Source of the DNA: Microcoleus sp.
GTDB lineage: Bacteria; Cyanobacteriota; Cyanobacteriia; Cyanobacteriales; Microcoleaceae
Direction: 5' to 3'
DNA length: 64,000 bases
Assembly (NCBI GenBank): GCA_052279835.1
Contig: CP181291.1
Location: 4,032,001-4,096,000 of the forward strand
Part shown: positions 1 through 9,852 of the stretch, piece after piece
How the letters are laid out: every line of letters starts with the position of its first letter
How positions within the stretch are numbered: the first letter of the stretch is position 1
Program-made: the position numbers and the translations under genes
Notes under the pieces: generated by a model
The model's input: the letters and a program-made list of their open reading frames with translations, nothing else
Told to the model about the DNA's origin: nothing
Databases searched by the model: none

Positions 1-2
1 CT

Positions 3-1082
3 TGGGCTGGACTCTGTTGCTGCATCTGGTTGCGAGAAGTTTTCGTTCTCGTGTAACTCAATGCCGGATGCGGAGGCTAATGTGTTGGATTCCTGACTTA
101 CCGTAGATTCCGGGCCGATGGGCGCTTCAGAAGTCCCTACCTCTGGCTGGGCTTCCCATGGATCGGACCAAGGTTGAACAGGGGAAGTGTTAAATATGGG
201 TGGCACCGGGACGTTTTGGTTTTTGACGGCGGCGAGTAAGGATTCCAATTGGGCGCTAGCTGTATCCTGTGGATTTTCCACCGGCTCGGTAGGGGCGATC
301 GACTTAGGGTGCGGCATCTCCAAACTTTTTTCTAAAGCTGCTTTGAATTGCAGGGTGTGGCGCTGCTGACGGTGCAAGCGCGATCGCAATTCCTTGCAAA
401 CATTTTCTGTAGTTACTAGCTGGTGAAGTTGTTCGTTGTAGCGCATCACTGTCACAGCAGATTCTCGCTCCACTGTGGCTAGCCTAGTTTGGCTAGTTGC
501 TAATTGGTTAGTTAAGTTTTCGACTAAAATTTCTTGACTTTGCAAAGTTTGATTAGAAACTTCCAATTTACCAAACAGCCTGGTCAATTGTGCTTGAGTG
601 TTTTGGAGTTCGGCATTCTGCTTTTCGAGCAAGGCCTCGCGCTCCTGCAACTTTGTTTGGGACTCTTGGAGGGCTGTTTCTAGCTGGGAGATTCGCCCTA
701 AGAGATCGCGGTTACATTCATGCAGGGCTTGCATCAAGGTGACAGGAGTCGATCCTTTGCCCTTATGTTCGCTATTCGCCAGCAGATTTTTGAGATGATC
801 GGAAATCGGAGGTATATCAGTCAAGGGAACTTCTGTCTGAGATGGCAAATTTTTGGCTTCAGATGTTGTGGGAATTGCATCTACGCTAATGGCGTTGGGA
901 AAATCGACTGTTTCCCAGTCTGTTTCTGGCGTGTCTGTAACTACAGCCCCAGGAGGTTTTGGATTGGGGTCGATCGCGTCTAAACCCCACACAGCTAAAG
1001 AATCTAGCTCTAAGGGTTCGGCATCGGATTGGACAGCAGAATGCGGTTGTTGCTGATTGGCTCGAAGATCAGCTTCTGACAT
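3..1082 (-). CDS. Hypothetical coiled-coil protein, 3' end runs off the window
   Basis: ATG at 1082 opens MSEADLRANQQQ...WETVDFPNAISVDAIP...LRSRLHRQQRHTLQFKAALEKSL. It has a Q/E/L-rich middle. It is missing from the ORF track because there is no stop in the window. Confidence 0.7.
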   Translation of the reverse strand, partial: MSEADLRANQQQPHSAVQSDAEPLELDSLAVWGLDAIDPNPKPPGAVVTDTPETDWETVDFPNAISVDAIPTTSEAKNLPSQTEVPLTDIPPISDHLKNLLANSEHKGKGSTPVTLMQALHECNRDLLGRISQLETALQESQTKLQEREALLEKQNAELQNTQAQLTRLFGKLEVSNQTLQSQEILVENLTNQLATSQTRLATVERESAVTVMRYNEQLHQLVTTENVCKELRSRLHRQQRHTLQFKAALEKSLEMPHPKSIAPTEPVENPQDTASAQLESLLAAVKNQNVPVPPIFNTSPVQPWSDPWEAQPEVGTSEAPIGPESTVSQESNTLASASGIELHENENFSQPDAATESSP

Positions 1083-1194
1083 GGCTTTATCCCAATATTC
1101 ACAGAGTCTCACATCTAGTTTATCAAGGTACGTCGTAGATTCAAGAATCCCCGTACCTTTAAGTGGGGGAGTGTTAACCTTAATAGATTCTCTG

Positions 1195-1316
1195 GGGAGC
1201 ATCCCGATTTTGCATAGGCGAAGCATGACCCCTGTAAATCTCTGGTTATTACTAATAAATTGTCGGCGGTGATGCTATAGCCCATACGAATATATTTGCA
1301 AAACACAGATGCACCC
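1195..1316. repeat. ~122 bp nested inverted-repeat element (REP-doublet/MITE-like), copy 1
   Basis: Near-identical to 16944-17067 and 58039-58160. Outer IR GGGAGCATC...GATGCACCC; inner IR arms GGCGAAGCATGACC. Confidence 0.8.
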
Positions 1317-1335
1317 GTTGCGATCTGCGATCGCC

Positions 1336-1983
1336 CTAATCTTTAACAACTGCAAAATGTTTATCAAGGATGGCTGGAATTTCCGCAGGTTTGATGCGAC
1401 TGTAGCGAGTTTTGTCTGGCATCACAACTATATTCGGTCCGGCTTTGCACTGTTTGAGACATCCGGTTTTTTGCACAATAACTTCTCCGGCTAAACCGCT
1501 ACAATTTAAAGCATTTTCCAGAGCTTTACATACTGCACCACTGCCGCGCTTCTGGCAGTCAGATTTTTGACATACTAATATTTTGCCTGAGATTTTTGCC
1601 GGAGTTGGCGTGGTTGGAGAGGATGTGGGAGAGTCGATCGCGCGATCGGCTACCAGAATCCCAACAGGTGTATGCTTGGTGTCAACCTCTGGCTGCGAGG
1701 GATGATGCTTGTTGTCTGAAAGTTTAAGGCTATAAGCTTTGAGCTTAACTTTGCCATTTTTCAAGTTTTGCTGTTTCTGTCCAGCCACTTCAACTCTCAA
1801 TCCGGGCTTTAAAACCATAGATACAGAAGCCCGCAATTCCTTGCAAAGTTTCACCAGAAATTCTACTCCGCGATCGCTACCAATTCGCAAATACTTTAAT
1901 TTGTCACCATCTTCAATAATCAGATTCAGTATTTCTCCCTCTAAGCTAAAGTCTGAAACTTGCTTGTAAGACGTATACATCAT
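1336..1983 (-). CDS. Thioredoxin-like (2Fe-2S) ferredoxin domain protein
   Basis: C-terminal VCQKSDCQKRG...TGCLKQCKAGPNIVV four-Cys motif. Confidence 0.8.
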   Translation of the reverse strand: MMYTSYKQVSDFSLEGEILNLIIEDGDKLKYLRIGSDRGVEFLVKLCKELRASVSMVLKPGLRVEVAGQKQQNLKNGKVKLKAYSLKLSDNKHHPSQPEVDTKHTPVGILVADRAIDSPTSSPTTPTPAKISGKILVCQKSDCQKRGSGAVCKALENALNCSGLAGEVIVQKTGCLKQCKAGPNIVVMPDKTRYSRIKPAEIPAILDKHFAVVKD

Positions 1984-2109
1984 TATTCCTCAGCGGTTGA
2001 CTCTATTCCTAAATTTAGACAACACTAATTTTTTGCATTAAGCATCGTCCCTGAGTGATGTCACCCAGAAGTCTCAGCTCTGAGCTGCGTCTTTTTAGAG
2101 CATAACGCA

Positions 2110-2131
2110 ACTGCTAATAATTCTCAATAGA
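2110..2131 (-). promoter_or_regulatory. Putative Fur-box-like operator upstream of the 2Fe-2S gene
   Basis: Minus strand TATTGAGAATTATTAGCA resembles AT-rich cyanobacterial Fur boxes and lies ~130 bp upstream of an Fe-S protein gene. Confidence 0.4.
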
Positions 2132-2272
2132 ATTGGTAAAAAATTTTTCCTAATTTGCAAAATCTGCCAATACCGCTAGACCCCGCTTCAAACACTCGCC
2201 TATATTAACGTAACGATCCGCTTCTCTTCCTTCGCGCCCTTCGCGCCTTCGCGGTTCGTTAATCTTCGCTCT

Positions 2273-2310
2273 AAAAAAAAGCGAACAGCCTGGTGACTGC
2301 CCGCTTTTTT
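2273..2310. terminator. Intrinsic terminator downstream of chlP
   Basis: AAAAAAAGCG-AACAG...CTG-CCCGCTTTTTT stem-loop with A/T tails. Confidence 0.5.
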
Positions 2311-2331
2311 ATACAAAGTGAGTTAAGTTAG

Positions 2332-3552
2332 TTAAGGCGCCAAAGCATTGCCGCGTAACAAACTACCAATAGTTTTAGCAGTAATCTTCATTTGGATGAA
2401 AGGATTTGCCGGCACTACAGTCTTATACAAATAGCTATCGAATGTGAGTTTCTGCACATCGCGATCGGCACACATTTCCACAAAAGCTTCGCGAGTAGCA
2501 TCAGAACGGTAGAACACCCGTTGCAAAATGTCAAGCACCTTGTAAGTAATCCCGTAAGCTTTATCCCACCGCTTCAAATAAAGCTTGATTTCCTGTTCCG
2601 TAGGAATACGCGCGCCTTTATTGGAAATTTCCACAATAGTTTCAGCGCACATCCGGCCAGACTTCGCAGCAAAATAGATACCTTCGCCCGAAGACTTGGT
2701 AACATAACCAGCGGCATCGCCGACGAGAGCAACTCGGCCGACAACCCGGCGGGGACGCGGATGTTCGGGGATGGGGTGAGCTTCCACTTTAATAATCTCA
2801 CCGCCCATGAGTCTTTTGGCAGCGCGGGCGCGAACTCCTGCTTGCAGCTTTTTGATACTGGCTTGATTGACTTTCATCGTGCCGGTACCGACGGCTACGT
2901 GGTCGTATTTAGGGAATACCCAAGCGTAGAAGTCGGTAGAGACGTCATCGCCGACGTACATTTCGGCTAAGTCGTGGTAGTAAGCCATTTTATCTTCCGG
3001 CAGGCGGATGCGTTCTTGGAAGGCGATCGCATAATTGTAATCACCAGCATCGATCGCCTTGGCTACGCGGGAGTTAGCACCATCAGCCCCAATCACCAAA
3101 TCCACCTTCAGAGTTTTCTGAACTCCCATGGCACTGCCGTTGGAGTGGTCGGCATAGTGGAGTGTGTAGGGGTCTGTATTGTTGGCGGGAATCTCTAATT
3201 TATGAACAGTGCCATTAATCAGTTTGGCACCCAAGGAAGCGGCGCGATCGCGCAGGAAGCCATCGAGCACTTCCCGGCGGCACATACCGATGTATTCGTG
3301 GGCGTTTTCAATATTGATGTCCACCTCTACATTGGAGGGGGAAATCATCTTCATTTTTCTGACTTGGCGGTCTATAATGCTTTGCGGCAAGTCAAATTCC
3401 TGTACCATGCACAGAGGAATTGCCCCGCCACAGGGTTTGGCGTAGTCTAATTTGCGCTCGAATAGGTATGTTTCGATTCCTGCTTTTACGAGTGTTTCGG
3501 CGGCGGAAGAACCCGCAGGGCCTGAACCTACTACTGCAACCCTTAGTGTCAA
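2332..3552 (-). CDS. chlP: Geranylgeranyl reductase
   Basis: LRVAVVGSGPAG FAD motif, KPCGGAIP, GDAAGYVTKSSGEGIYFA. A TTG start at 3552 gives 406 aa; the track ORF extends to 3606. Confidence 0.95.
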   Translation of the reverse strand: MTLRVAVVGSGPAGSSAAETLVKAGIETYLFERKLDYAKPCGGAIPLCMVQEFDLPQSIIDRQVRKMKMISPSNVEVDINIENAHEYIGMCRREVLDGFLRDRAASLGAKLINGTVHKLEIPANNTDPYTLHYADHSNGSAMGVQKTLKVDLVIGADGANSRVAKAIDAGDYNYAIAFQERIRLPEDKMAYYHDLAEMYVGDDVSTDFYAWVFPKYDHVAVGTGTMKVNQASIKKLQAGVRARAAKRLMGGEIIKVEAHPIPEHPRPRRVVGRVALVGDAAGYVTKSSGEGIYFAAKSGRMCAETIVEISNKGARIPTEQEIKLYLKRWDKAYGITYKVLDILQRVFYRSDATREAFVEMCADRDVQKLTFDSYLYKTVVPANPFIQMKITAKTIGSLLRGNALAP

Positions 3553-3782
3553 AGTTTTTCTCCCCAGTTTTTTTCTATAGGCATTATTCATGTGTGATGG
3601 TATCACGGACTTTCGATGCGGTGGGGTTACGGAGGGCAGATTTAAACGAAATGCAACAGAGCTTAACAGTTCGATACGAAAATCGGGTTTGAGGCGGTAA
3701 ATTCCATGGAACTTATTAAATTTTTCAGTGATTTGGAAGAGGGATGGACGTTGATGTGCGATCGAACTATTGTCAAAAAGTC

Positions 3783-3950
3783 GTAGGGGCGGGTTTTACC
3801 AACCCTCAGCGCCTCAAACTAACAATCTCATAAACCCGCCCCGGCTGAGATGTTGCACCAATAATGTCAATTGGGGATTTTTAGTGGGGTGGGGCGAGTT
3901 TATTTTAATTGTTGGTGAGAGTTAGAGATGGTTGGTGAACCCGCCCCTAC
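3783..3950. repeat. Pair of GTAG-type REP-like hairpins in inverted arrangement
   Basis: GTAGGGGCGGGTTT...AAACCCGCCCC followed by GGGGCGAGTTT...AACCCGCCCCTAC. Confidence 0.7.
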
Positions 3951-4026
3951 TTCACACGAATGGTGCAACTGAGAACCAATGCAATAAGTTACATTTAAGT
4001 TAATTGCACTTATATCTAAAATTCTT

Positions 4027-4416
4027 ATGCTCGGTAATTTTCAACAAAGCAACCTGCGGATCGAGCTCGAAGCTTCCGAAACAGCGATTAGAGACAGCTT
4101 GCTGCGTCCAGCTCAATTGCAGCAATGGCTGTGGCCGCAACAGTTGTCTAAAGGTTTGCCAGAAGAATTTACTACAGGTTTGACATTTACAAGTTGGCTG
4201 GGCCCGGTGGCTGTTGAGCACCATGTTGATATTGCTGAGCCGAATTGCCTGCGCCTGTTATTGAGTCAGGGAATTGACGGATTTCACGAGTGGTATTGGG
4301 GCGAAGGTTGGGTGCAGTCTCGGTTGGAGGGAGTGTCGCTGCTGCCGCTGAATTTGGGACAAACGGCTAGTTTGCTGCGGCTGCGGGAGTTTGTCACCAA
4401 GGGTAAGGGGAAGTAG
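4027..4416 (+). CDS. Hypothetical protein (129 aa)
   Basis: ATG start, natural composition, followed by a stem-loop and T-tract at ~4453-4480. Confidence 0.75.
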   Translation: MLGNFQQSNLRIELEASETAIRDSLLRPAQLQQWLWPQQLSKGLPEEFTTGLTFTSWLGPVAVEHHVDIAEPNCLRLLLSQGIDGFHEWYWGEGWVQSRLEGVSLLPLNLGQTASLLRLREFVTKGKGK

Positions 4417-4480
4417 ACTTTCTACTCATCTAAGCAAAATTCCCTATTTCTTAGTCCCCCTCTGCTGGGACTTTTTTTTT

Positions 4481-4540
4481 GTAGACGCGGTTTCAACCGC
4501 CGAGTCTTTGTTTTTGTAGACGGGGTTTCAACCGCCAAGA
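4481..4540. repeat. Two direct copies of a GTAG-REP-like mini-hairpin
   Basis: GTAGACGCGGTTTCAACCGCC and GTAGACGGGGTTTCAACCGCC. Confidence 0.55.
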
Positions 4541-4572
4541 TTATTTTTGCTGCTGCGTAAATATATTGAGTT

Positions 4573-4676
4573 ATACCAATTTCATAAAGTAGCGCTACAT
4601 ATCTACCCCCCCAACCCCCCCTTACGAAGGGGGGGCTAAGAAGTACATCTGTAGTAGGAATTTATGAAAATGGTAT
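4573..4676. mobile_element. MITE-like element
   Basis: Terminal IR ATACCAATTTCATAAA / TTTATGAAAATGGTAT around a CCCCCC..AAGGGGGG hairpin. Confidence 0.55.
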
Positions 4677-4764
4677 TATTAAGCCAATTTGCTTAGTCTT
4701 TTTAGACATATTGCCGATGCGCTCGATTCGAGAAACTAATAATATTTTTCTATCGATCGCACGG

Positions 4765-5042
4765 TATGTGTAAAGTTTTTTTACAAAACGCATAAAAACT
4801 GCATAAAAACTCCGACGCACTCCAGATAAATAAGTAGCGGCGGAAGTTGATGCGAGTTGAACTCATACTTTATGTGAAGTTTTTTTACAAAACGCATAAA
4901 AACTGCATAAAAACTCCGACGCACTCCAGATAAATAAGTAGCGGCGGAAAGTTCAGCAAGTGTGACCCACACCCTGTGTGAAGTTTTATTACAAAACGCA
5001 TAAAAACTGCATAAAAACTCCGGCGCACTCCAGATACATAAA
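4765..5042 (+). repeat. Three direct repeats of a ~70-80 bp unit upstream of the 1489-aa gene
   Basis: Copies start at 4765, 4871 and 4975. Each has TTACAAAACGCATAAAAACTGCATAAAAACTCCG.CGCACTCCAGATA. Confidence 0.9.
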
Positions 5043-5079
5043 TATCAGGCCAAAGTTATCAGATTAATAGAGGTGCATC

Positions 5080-8000
5080 ATGTCTAATATATCGATCGGC
5101 AATCTGGGCGACAACTATATCTCCATCGACTTCGCCGGAAAAACTGACCCCACAGACACCTATCGTTTTAATCGACTCAATCCCGGCAACTTTCGAGTCA
5201 CTGCTCAAGGATTTAGTTCCATTGTCGGGATGCAACTCCTAGACAGTCAGGGAAAAGTCGTCAAAGATATTGAAACCAACGGCACAAATTCGGGAACATT
5301 TAGCATCGATAATTTGGGTGCAACCAATTATGCACTCAAAATTTCTGCACCTTCGGGCGATACCAATTATCAAGTCAGTTTAACACCAGACGGCAAAGTT
5401 GACCCGCTGACAGGTTTAGGCGTTATCTCCGGTTATTTCACACCAGATTCAACGGGTCAAGTGGGCTTTGACTGGCTGCACGACGGCGGCAATTATCAAG
5501 GTGAAGTTGCGATTTTTAGCGTGCAGGGAATGGAGAATTTCGATCCTGGTTCTGAGGAATTCATCAAAGAATCAGCAAGACGAGCTCTGAGCAATTCTTT
5601 ATTCGGTCACGTCGTAATTTCTGACTCCATAGAAGGTGCAAATCCCCTATTTAACGGCAGTTTAGGAGAGGCGAATTATAACCAAGGACAGTACAGCGGT
5701 CCGAAAACATTTCTGATGAAACCGGGAGAGCCTTTTGCGGTGATGTTGGTGCCAAATGGGACTGTGCAAGATGTCTTTAATAATCCCGATGCTGATGGCG
5801 AAAAACGGCCACTGTTTTCCTTGTCTAGCCTGAATCCAGATGATGCTTTGCTAGAGGGTCAAGTAGCAGATGTCACTGGCAATGGTAAGGCATTTGCGAT
5901 GGAAGATCAGCGGGTTGATGAAGGTTCGGATAAAGATTACAACGATTTGGTTTTCAATTTGACTGGTGCGACGGGAAAAGCAGCAGCAATAGAGAAAGTT
6001 ATCGATCCAAAGAAAGATTGGACGAAGCTTGATGGTGGCAAAAAATTGATCGATTATGTCAAATCTAAACTGCCGACAGACATAAAGCCACCGGTAGCTG
6101 TAACGCCAACTGTGGAAACAAAACCACCAGTAACTGTAACGCCAACTGTGGAAACAAAACCAGCGGTTGAGACAAAACCACCCGTAGCTGTAACGCCAAC
6201 TGTGGAAACAAAACCACCGGTAGCTGTAACGCCAACTGTGGAAACAAAACCGCCAGTTGAGACAAAACCAACGGTAGCTGTAACGCCAACTGTGGAAACA
6301 AAACCAACGGTAGCTGTAACACCAACTGTGGAAACAAAACCGCCAGTTGCGACAACTTCACCCGTAGCTGTAACGCCAACTGTGGAAACAAAACCAACGG
6401 TAGCTGTAACACCAACTGTGGAAACAAAACCGCCAGTTGCGACAACTTCACCCGTAGCTGTAACGCCAACTGTGGAAACAAAACCGCCAGTTGCGACAAC
6501 TTCACCCGTAGCTGTAACGCCAACTGTGGAAACAAAACCGCCAGTTGAGACAAAACCAACGGTAGCTGTAACGCCAACTGTGGAAACAAAACCACCGGTA
6601 GCTGTAACGCCAACTGTGGAAACAAAACCGCCAGTTGCGACAACTTCACCCGTAACAACCCCACCAGTACCTGTAACACCGCCAACGCTACCTGTGATTA
6701 AACCACCGGTGGCTGTAACTCCGCCTGTTACAACAACACCATCTGTTACAACAACGCCACCTGTGGATGAACCCCAACCTTCGGTTATAGTTGAACCGCC
6801 TGTTGAGTCGAAACCAATTATTCAGCCGACGCCTTTTATCGGCATCATCGATACTGGATTTGCGCCGAACAATCCCGATTTGGATTATTCTAAGGTGACA
6901 TTGGGGCGCGATCGCATTGACAAAGACAGCAATCCTTTGTTTACTGCCGGTACTGGTAACGAACATGGCACTTTTAACTGGGGTTTAGTTAGTGCGATTC
7001 AAGGGAATGATAAAGGCATTGATGGCTACAATGATAAGGCCAATGTGTATCTAAGTCGGGCGATTGGTTCTGGGGAATGGGATTTAGCTTTAACTGATTT
7101 TGTGAGTGAAGCGAAAGGACAAAAGCAGAAGAATGCGATCGCACTTTTGCCCCTCGATTTAACTCAAAAGAATGCTGACGGAACCATTACCACTCGTTAC
7201 GAGTTTACCAACCGAGAACGTGCTGCATTAGAAAATGCGCGTCAGAATGGAGTGCTGTTAGTTGTAGCGGCTGGAAATGACGGCGGTGTGATGTCGGTTT
7301 TGGGTCAATCTTCCCAGGAGTTTGAGAATATTATCACGGTTGGTTCCTCTGATGGATTTGGGCGATCGGATTATTCCAGCTACGGCTACGGTTTGGATAT
7401 TTTAGTGCCCGGAGGTGCGATCGAAAATCCGACTTTATCGACTGTGGGCGACGATATTGGCACGATGTCGGGAACTTCGGCATCCGCAGCTAAGGCGGCG
7501 GGGATGGCGTCTAAGGTTTGGGAGAGTAATCCCGATTTGAGTGTGACTCAAGTGATTGACATTTTGACCGGAAGTGCGATCGATTTGAAGGAGCCCGGAT
7601 GGGATCAGGAAACGGGTTTTGGGGTGGTGAATTTGAATAAAGCTGTGCAAGTGGCGAAGGATACAAAGCCGCAAAGTTACACGCCGAGTCCTTTCTTAAG
7701 TCCGACAACTTGGGGTTTAGAAGGAAAAGTTACGCCTTGGGAAAGAGCGCTGAATTTTAATGGTTCGACAGATTCTAGTAAAACTGCTGTCCAGATTAAC
7801 GGTGGTGTTAATATTCGTCCCGCAGCTAATACTGCCGGTGCTGCTGTTGGTAAAGTTAGTCCTGGAGTACAACTGGAATTTGATTACAAGACTACAGGCG
7901 AATTATATAACGATCCTAACGGACAAGGTAGCAGCAATCAATGGTATCACCTAGCCGATGGTCGCGGTTTTATGTCTGGTGTGTACATCACCAATGTGAA

Positions 8001-9549
8001 AGATATCCCATCTGCACCTCCAACCAATCCAGGTACAACCAATCCAGGTACAACCAATCCAGGTACAACCAATCCAGGTACAACCAATCCAGTTATCACC
8101 AATCCAGTTGTCACCAATCCAGTTGTCACCAATCCAGTTATCACCAATCCACCACCTAGTTCAATTTCTCTCAACGGACGCACCATTGGTGGCAATTTCT
8201 ATCCAGTTTTTCAGAATTATAAAGGAACGCTGGGCAATCCGACTTCCGATGTAATCACTGCTGGTGGTGTCAGCTATCAACTATTTGATAAAGGGTCAAT
8301 TGTTAGCAGTAAAAATGGAACTTTCCCACTTTATGGTGCTATCCGTCAGGAATTCTTGAAAACAGGTGGCTTGGATGGCTGGTTGGGCGCTCCTAAGAGT
8401 GAGGAAAAGGGATTAGGCAATGGAAATATCATCCAATACTTTGACAATGGTTACATTTATTGGAATGGTAGTAAGGCAACGGCTTACAAAGGTGAATTCA
8501 AGGAGGTATCCACAGTTCAAAAGCCGAGTAATACTCCTATTCAGTCTTCAGGATCTGGGGTAAACTCACCTATTCTAACCGCACAAGACTTAGCGAATTC
8601 ATGGCGAAATTTGCCTGAGTATACCTCAAAAAACCCGTTTCCTGATAAAGGGCAAAACTGTACGTGGTACGCTCACGGTCGTATGCTCCAGTTAGGTTAC
8701 AGTAAGACCGCTTTGGATACCATGTTAAGTAATGCTGGTACATGGGATAACACTGCTCGAAATGGTGCAACAGTATCAAATACCGCTCAAGCTCCTTCTA
8801 TTGCTGTGTGGGAGCCTGGGGTAGGTGGTGCAGGGGCAGTAGGTCATGTGGCTGTAGTTGAGCGAGTTAATGCAGATGGTTCAATTGTGATTTCTGAATC
8901 TAACTGGAACAATACTCAATACAACACTCGTACTATTACTCGGAACGATTCGCACTGGCCAAGTGAATTTGTCATAGTTCCTCGCGATGGTTCTTCAAGT
9001 AGTGGAGGGAGTGGCAATCAAATAGGAGGAGGTAGCACAGGTTCGATAGAATATGGTTCTTATGTTCCTCAATCTCAGTATGTTACTCCTGAGTTTCTGA
9101 AAAAAGTCTCAAACATTTCAAAAAATTTAGGTGTACCTGCTGAGTATCTTATGGCGGCAATGGGGTTTGAGACTGGTGGTACTTACTCTCCAAAGATAGT
9201 CAATTCTATTGGTGCTACAGGGTTAATCCAATTTATACCAAGCACGGCGCAAGGTTTAGGTACTTCAACGCAAGCTTTAGCGAACATGAGTGCTATTCAA
9301 CAACTTGATTATGTTGAAAAGTATTTCTCGCCTTACAAAGGTCGTCTTAAATCTTTATCTGACGTGTATATGGCTGTTCTTTGGCCAGCAGCAATTGGTA
9401 AAAACAACGACCAGTCTCTTTGGCCTCAAGGGACACTCGAGTACACGCAGAATAGTGGACTCGATCTGAATAAGAATGGTGTCGTTACGGTGGGAGAAGC
9501 AACTACTCTTGTAAGAAAGTATTTGCCCAATCAAAGTCTATTTGCATAG
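5080..9549 (+). CDS. Large modular S8 serine peptidase with DUF4114-like region, P/T/V linker, SH3-like and LGFP-like segments, CHAP domain and lytic-transglycosylase-like C-terminus
   Basis: Subtilase motifs IGIIDTG, EHGT, AAGNDG, SGTSASA; FAMEDQ...DKDYNDLVF; GGLDGWLGAPKSEE; CHAP NCTWYA...GHVAVVE; SLT-like MGFETGG...GATGLIQF. Confidence 0.85.
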   Translation: MSNISIGNLGDNYISIDFAGKTDPTDTYRFNRLNPGNFRVTAQGFSSIVGMQLLDSQGKVVKDIETNGTNSGTFSIDNLGATNYALKISAPSGDTNYQVSLTPDGKVDPLTGLGVISGYFTPDSTGQVGFDWLHDGGNYQGEVAIFSVQGMENFDPGSEEFIKESARRALSNSLFGHVVISDSIEGANPLFNGSLGEANYNQGQYSGPKTFLMKPGEPFAVMLVPNGTVQDVFNNPDADGEKRPLFSLSSLNPDDALLEGQVADVTGNGKAFAMEDQRVDEGSDKDYNDLVFNLTGATGKAAAIEKVIDPKKDWTKLDGGKKLIDYVKSKLPTDIKPPVAVTPTVETKPPVTVTPTVETKPAVETKPPVAVTPTVETKPPVAVTPTVETKPPVETKPTVAVTPTVETKPTVAVTPTVETKPPVATTSPVAVTPTVETKPTVAVTPTVETKPPVATTSPVAVTPTVETKPPVATTSPVAVTPTVETKPPVETKPTVAVTPTVETKPPVAVTPTVETKPPVATTSPVTTPPVPVTPPTLPVIKPPVAVTPPVTTTPSVTTTPPVDEPQPSVIVEPPVESKPIIQPTPFIGIIDTGFAPNNPDLDYSKVTLGRDRIDKDSNPLFTAGTGNEHGTFNWGLVSAIQGNDKGIDGYNDKANVYLSRAIGSGEWDLALTDFVSEAKGQKQKNAIALLPLDLTQKNADGTITTRYEFTNRERAALENARQNGVLLVVAAGNDGGVMSVLGQSSQEFENIITVGSSDGFGRSDYSSYGYGLDILVPGGAIENPTLSTVGDDIGTMSGTSASAAKAAGMASKVWESNPDLSVTQVIDILTGSAIDLKEPGWDQETGFGVVNLNKAVQVAKDTKPQSYTPSPFLSPTTWGLEGKVTPWERALNFNGSTDSSKTAVQINGGVNIRPAANTAGAAVGKVSPGVQLEFDYKTTGELYNDPNGQGSSNQWYHLADGRGFMSGVYITNVKDIPSAPPTNPGTTNPGTTNPGTTNPGTTNPVITNPVVTNPVVTNPVITNPPPSSISLNGRTIGGNFYPVFQNYKGTLGNPTSDVITAGGVSYQLFDKGSIVSSKNGTFPLYGAIRQEFLKTGGLDGWLGAPKSEEKGLGNGNIIQYFDNGYIYWNGSKATAYKGEFKEVSTVQKPSNTPIQSSGSGVNSPILTAQDLANSWRNLPEYTSKNPFPDKGQNCTWYAHGRMLQLGYSKTALDTMLSNAGTWDNTARNGATVSNTAQAPSIAVWEPGVGGAGAVGHVAVVERVNADGSIVISESNWNNTQYNTRTITRNDSHWPSEFVIVPRDGSSSSGGSGNQIGGGSTGSIEYGSYVPQSQYVTPEFLKKVSNISKNLGVPAEYLMAAMGFETGGTYSPKIVNSIGATGLIQFIPSTAQGLGTSTQALANMSAIQQLDYVEKYFSPYKGRLKSLSDVYMAVLWPAAIGKNNDQSLWPQGTLEYTQNSGLDLNKNGVVTVGEATTLVRKYLPNQSLFA
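6085..6660 (+). repeat. Intragenic tandem repeats encoding (VAVTPTVETKPP)n
   Basis: Recurring GTAGCTGTAACGCCAACTGTGGAAACAAAACC units. Confidence 0.9.
8022..8150 (+). repeat. Intragenic 15-bp repeats encoding TNPGT/TNPVV
   Basis: ACCAATCCAGGTACA and ACCAATCCAGTTGTC/ATC in tandem. Confidence 0.9.
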
Positions 9550-9574
9550 AAAGGATTTATCTTTTCTAAAATAG

Positions 9575-9780
9575 AGTCGCCCTTTCTCTCCCAGATTCAG
9601 AAAGGCGATCGCCCATCATTCATCAATCATGGCGATCGCCCTTCTTACATCCGCGTTAATCTGCGTCCATCTGCGGTCAAAAAAGAGCGATCGCCCTTTC
9701 TAATAATTCAGAAGGGCGATCCCATCATTAATCAATCATGGCGATCGCCCTTCCTTTTTGAAGAGCGATCGCCCTTTTTT
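9575..9780 (+). repeat. HIP1-bounded composite repeat block R1
   Basis: GCGATCGCCCTTTCTAATAATTCAGAAGGGCGATC hairpin, ATCAATCATGGCGATCGCCCTT and CATCCGCGTTAATCTGCGTCCATCTGCGGTCAAAAAA modules. Confidence 0.85.
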
Positions 9781-9852
9781 AACTATCCGAATTGCATCAA
9801 CTCAGAAGTCATGCTATAATTTGCTTATACATTAATTTCACGATCGATACCC

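Noticed and set aside
187..1306. Several short ORFs
   Set aside because: Shadows of the long minus-strand gene, or translation of the dispersed repeat.
4765..5042. CRISPR array
   Set aside because: Repeats are ~70-80 bp, there are only three, spacers are shorter than repeats, and no cas genes are in the window.
6065..6685. 206-aa minus-strand ORF
   Set aside because: Antisense shadow of the VAVTPTVETKP repeats.
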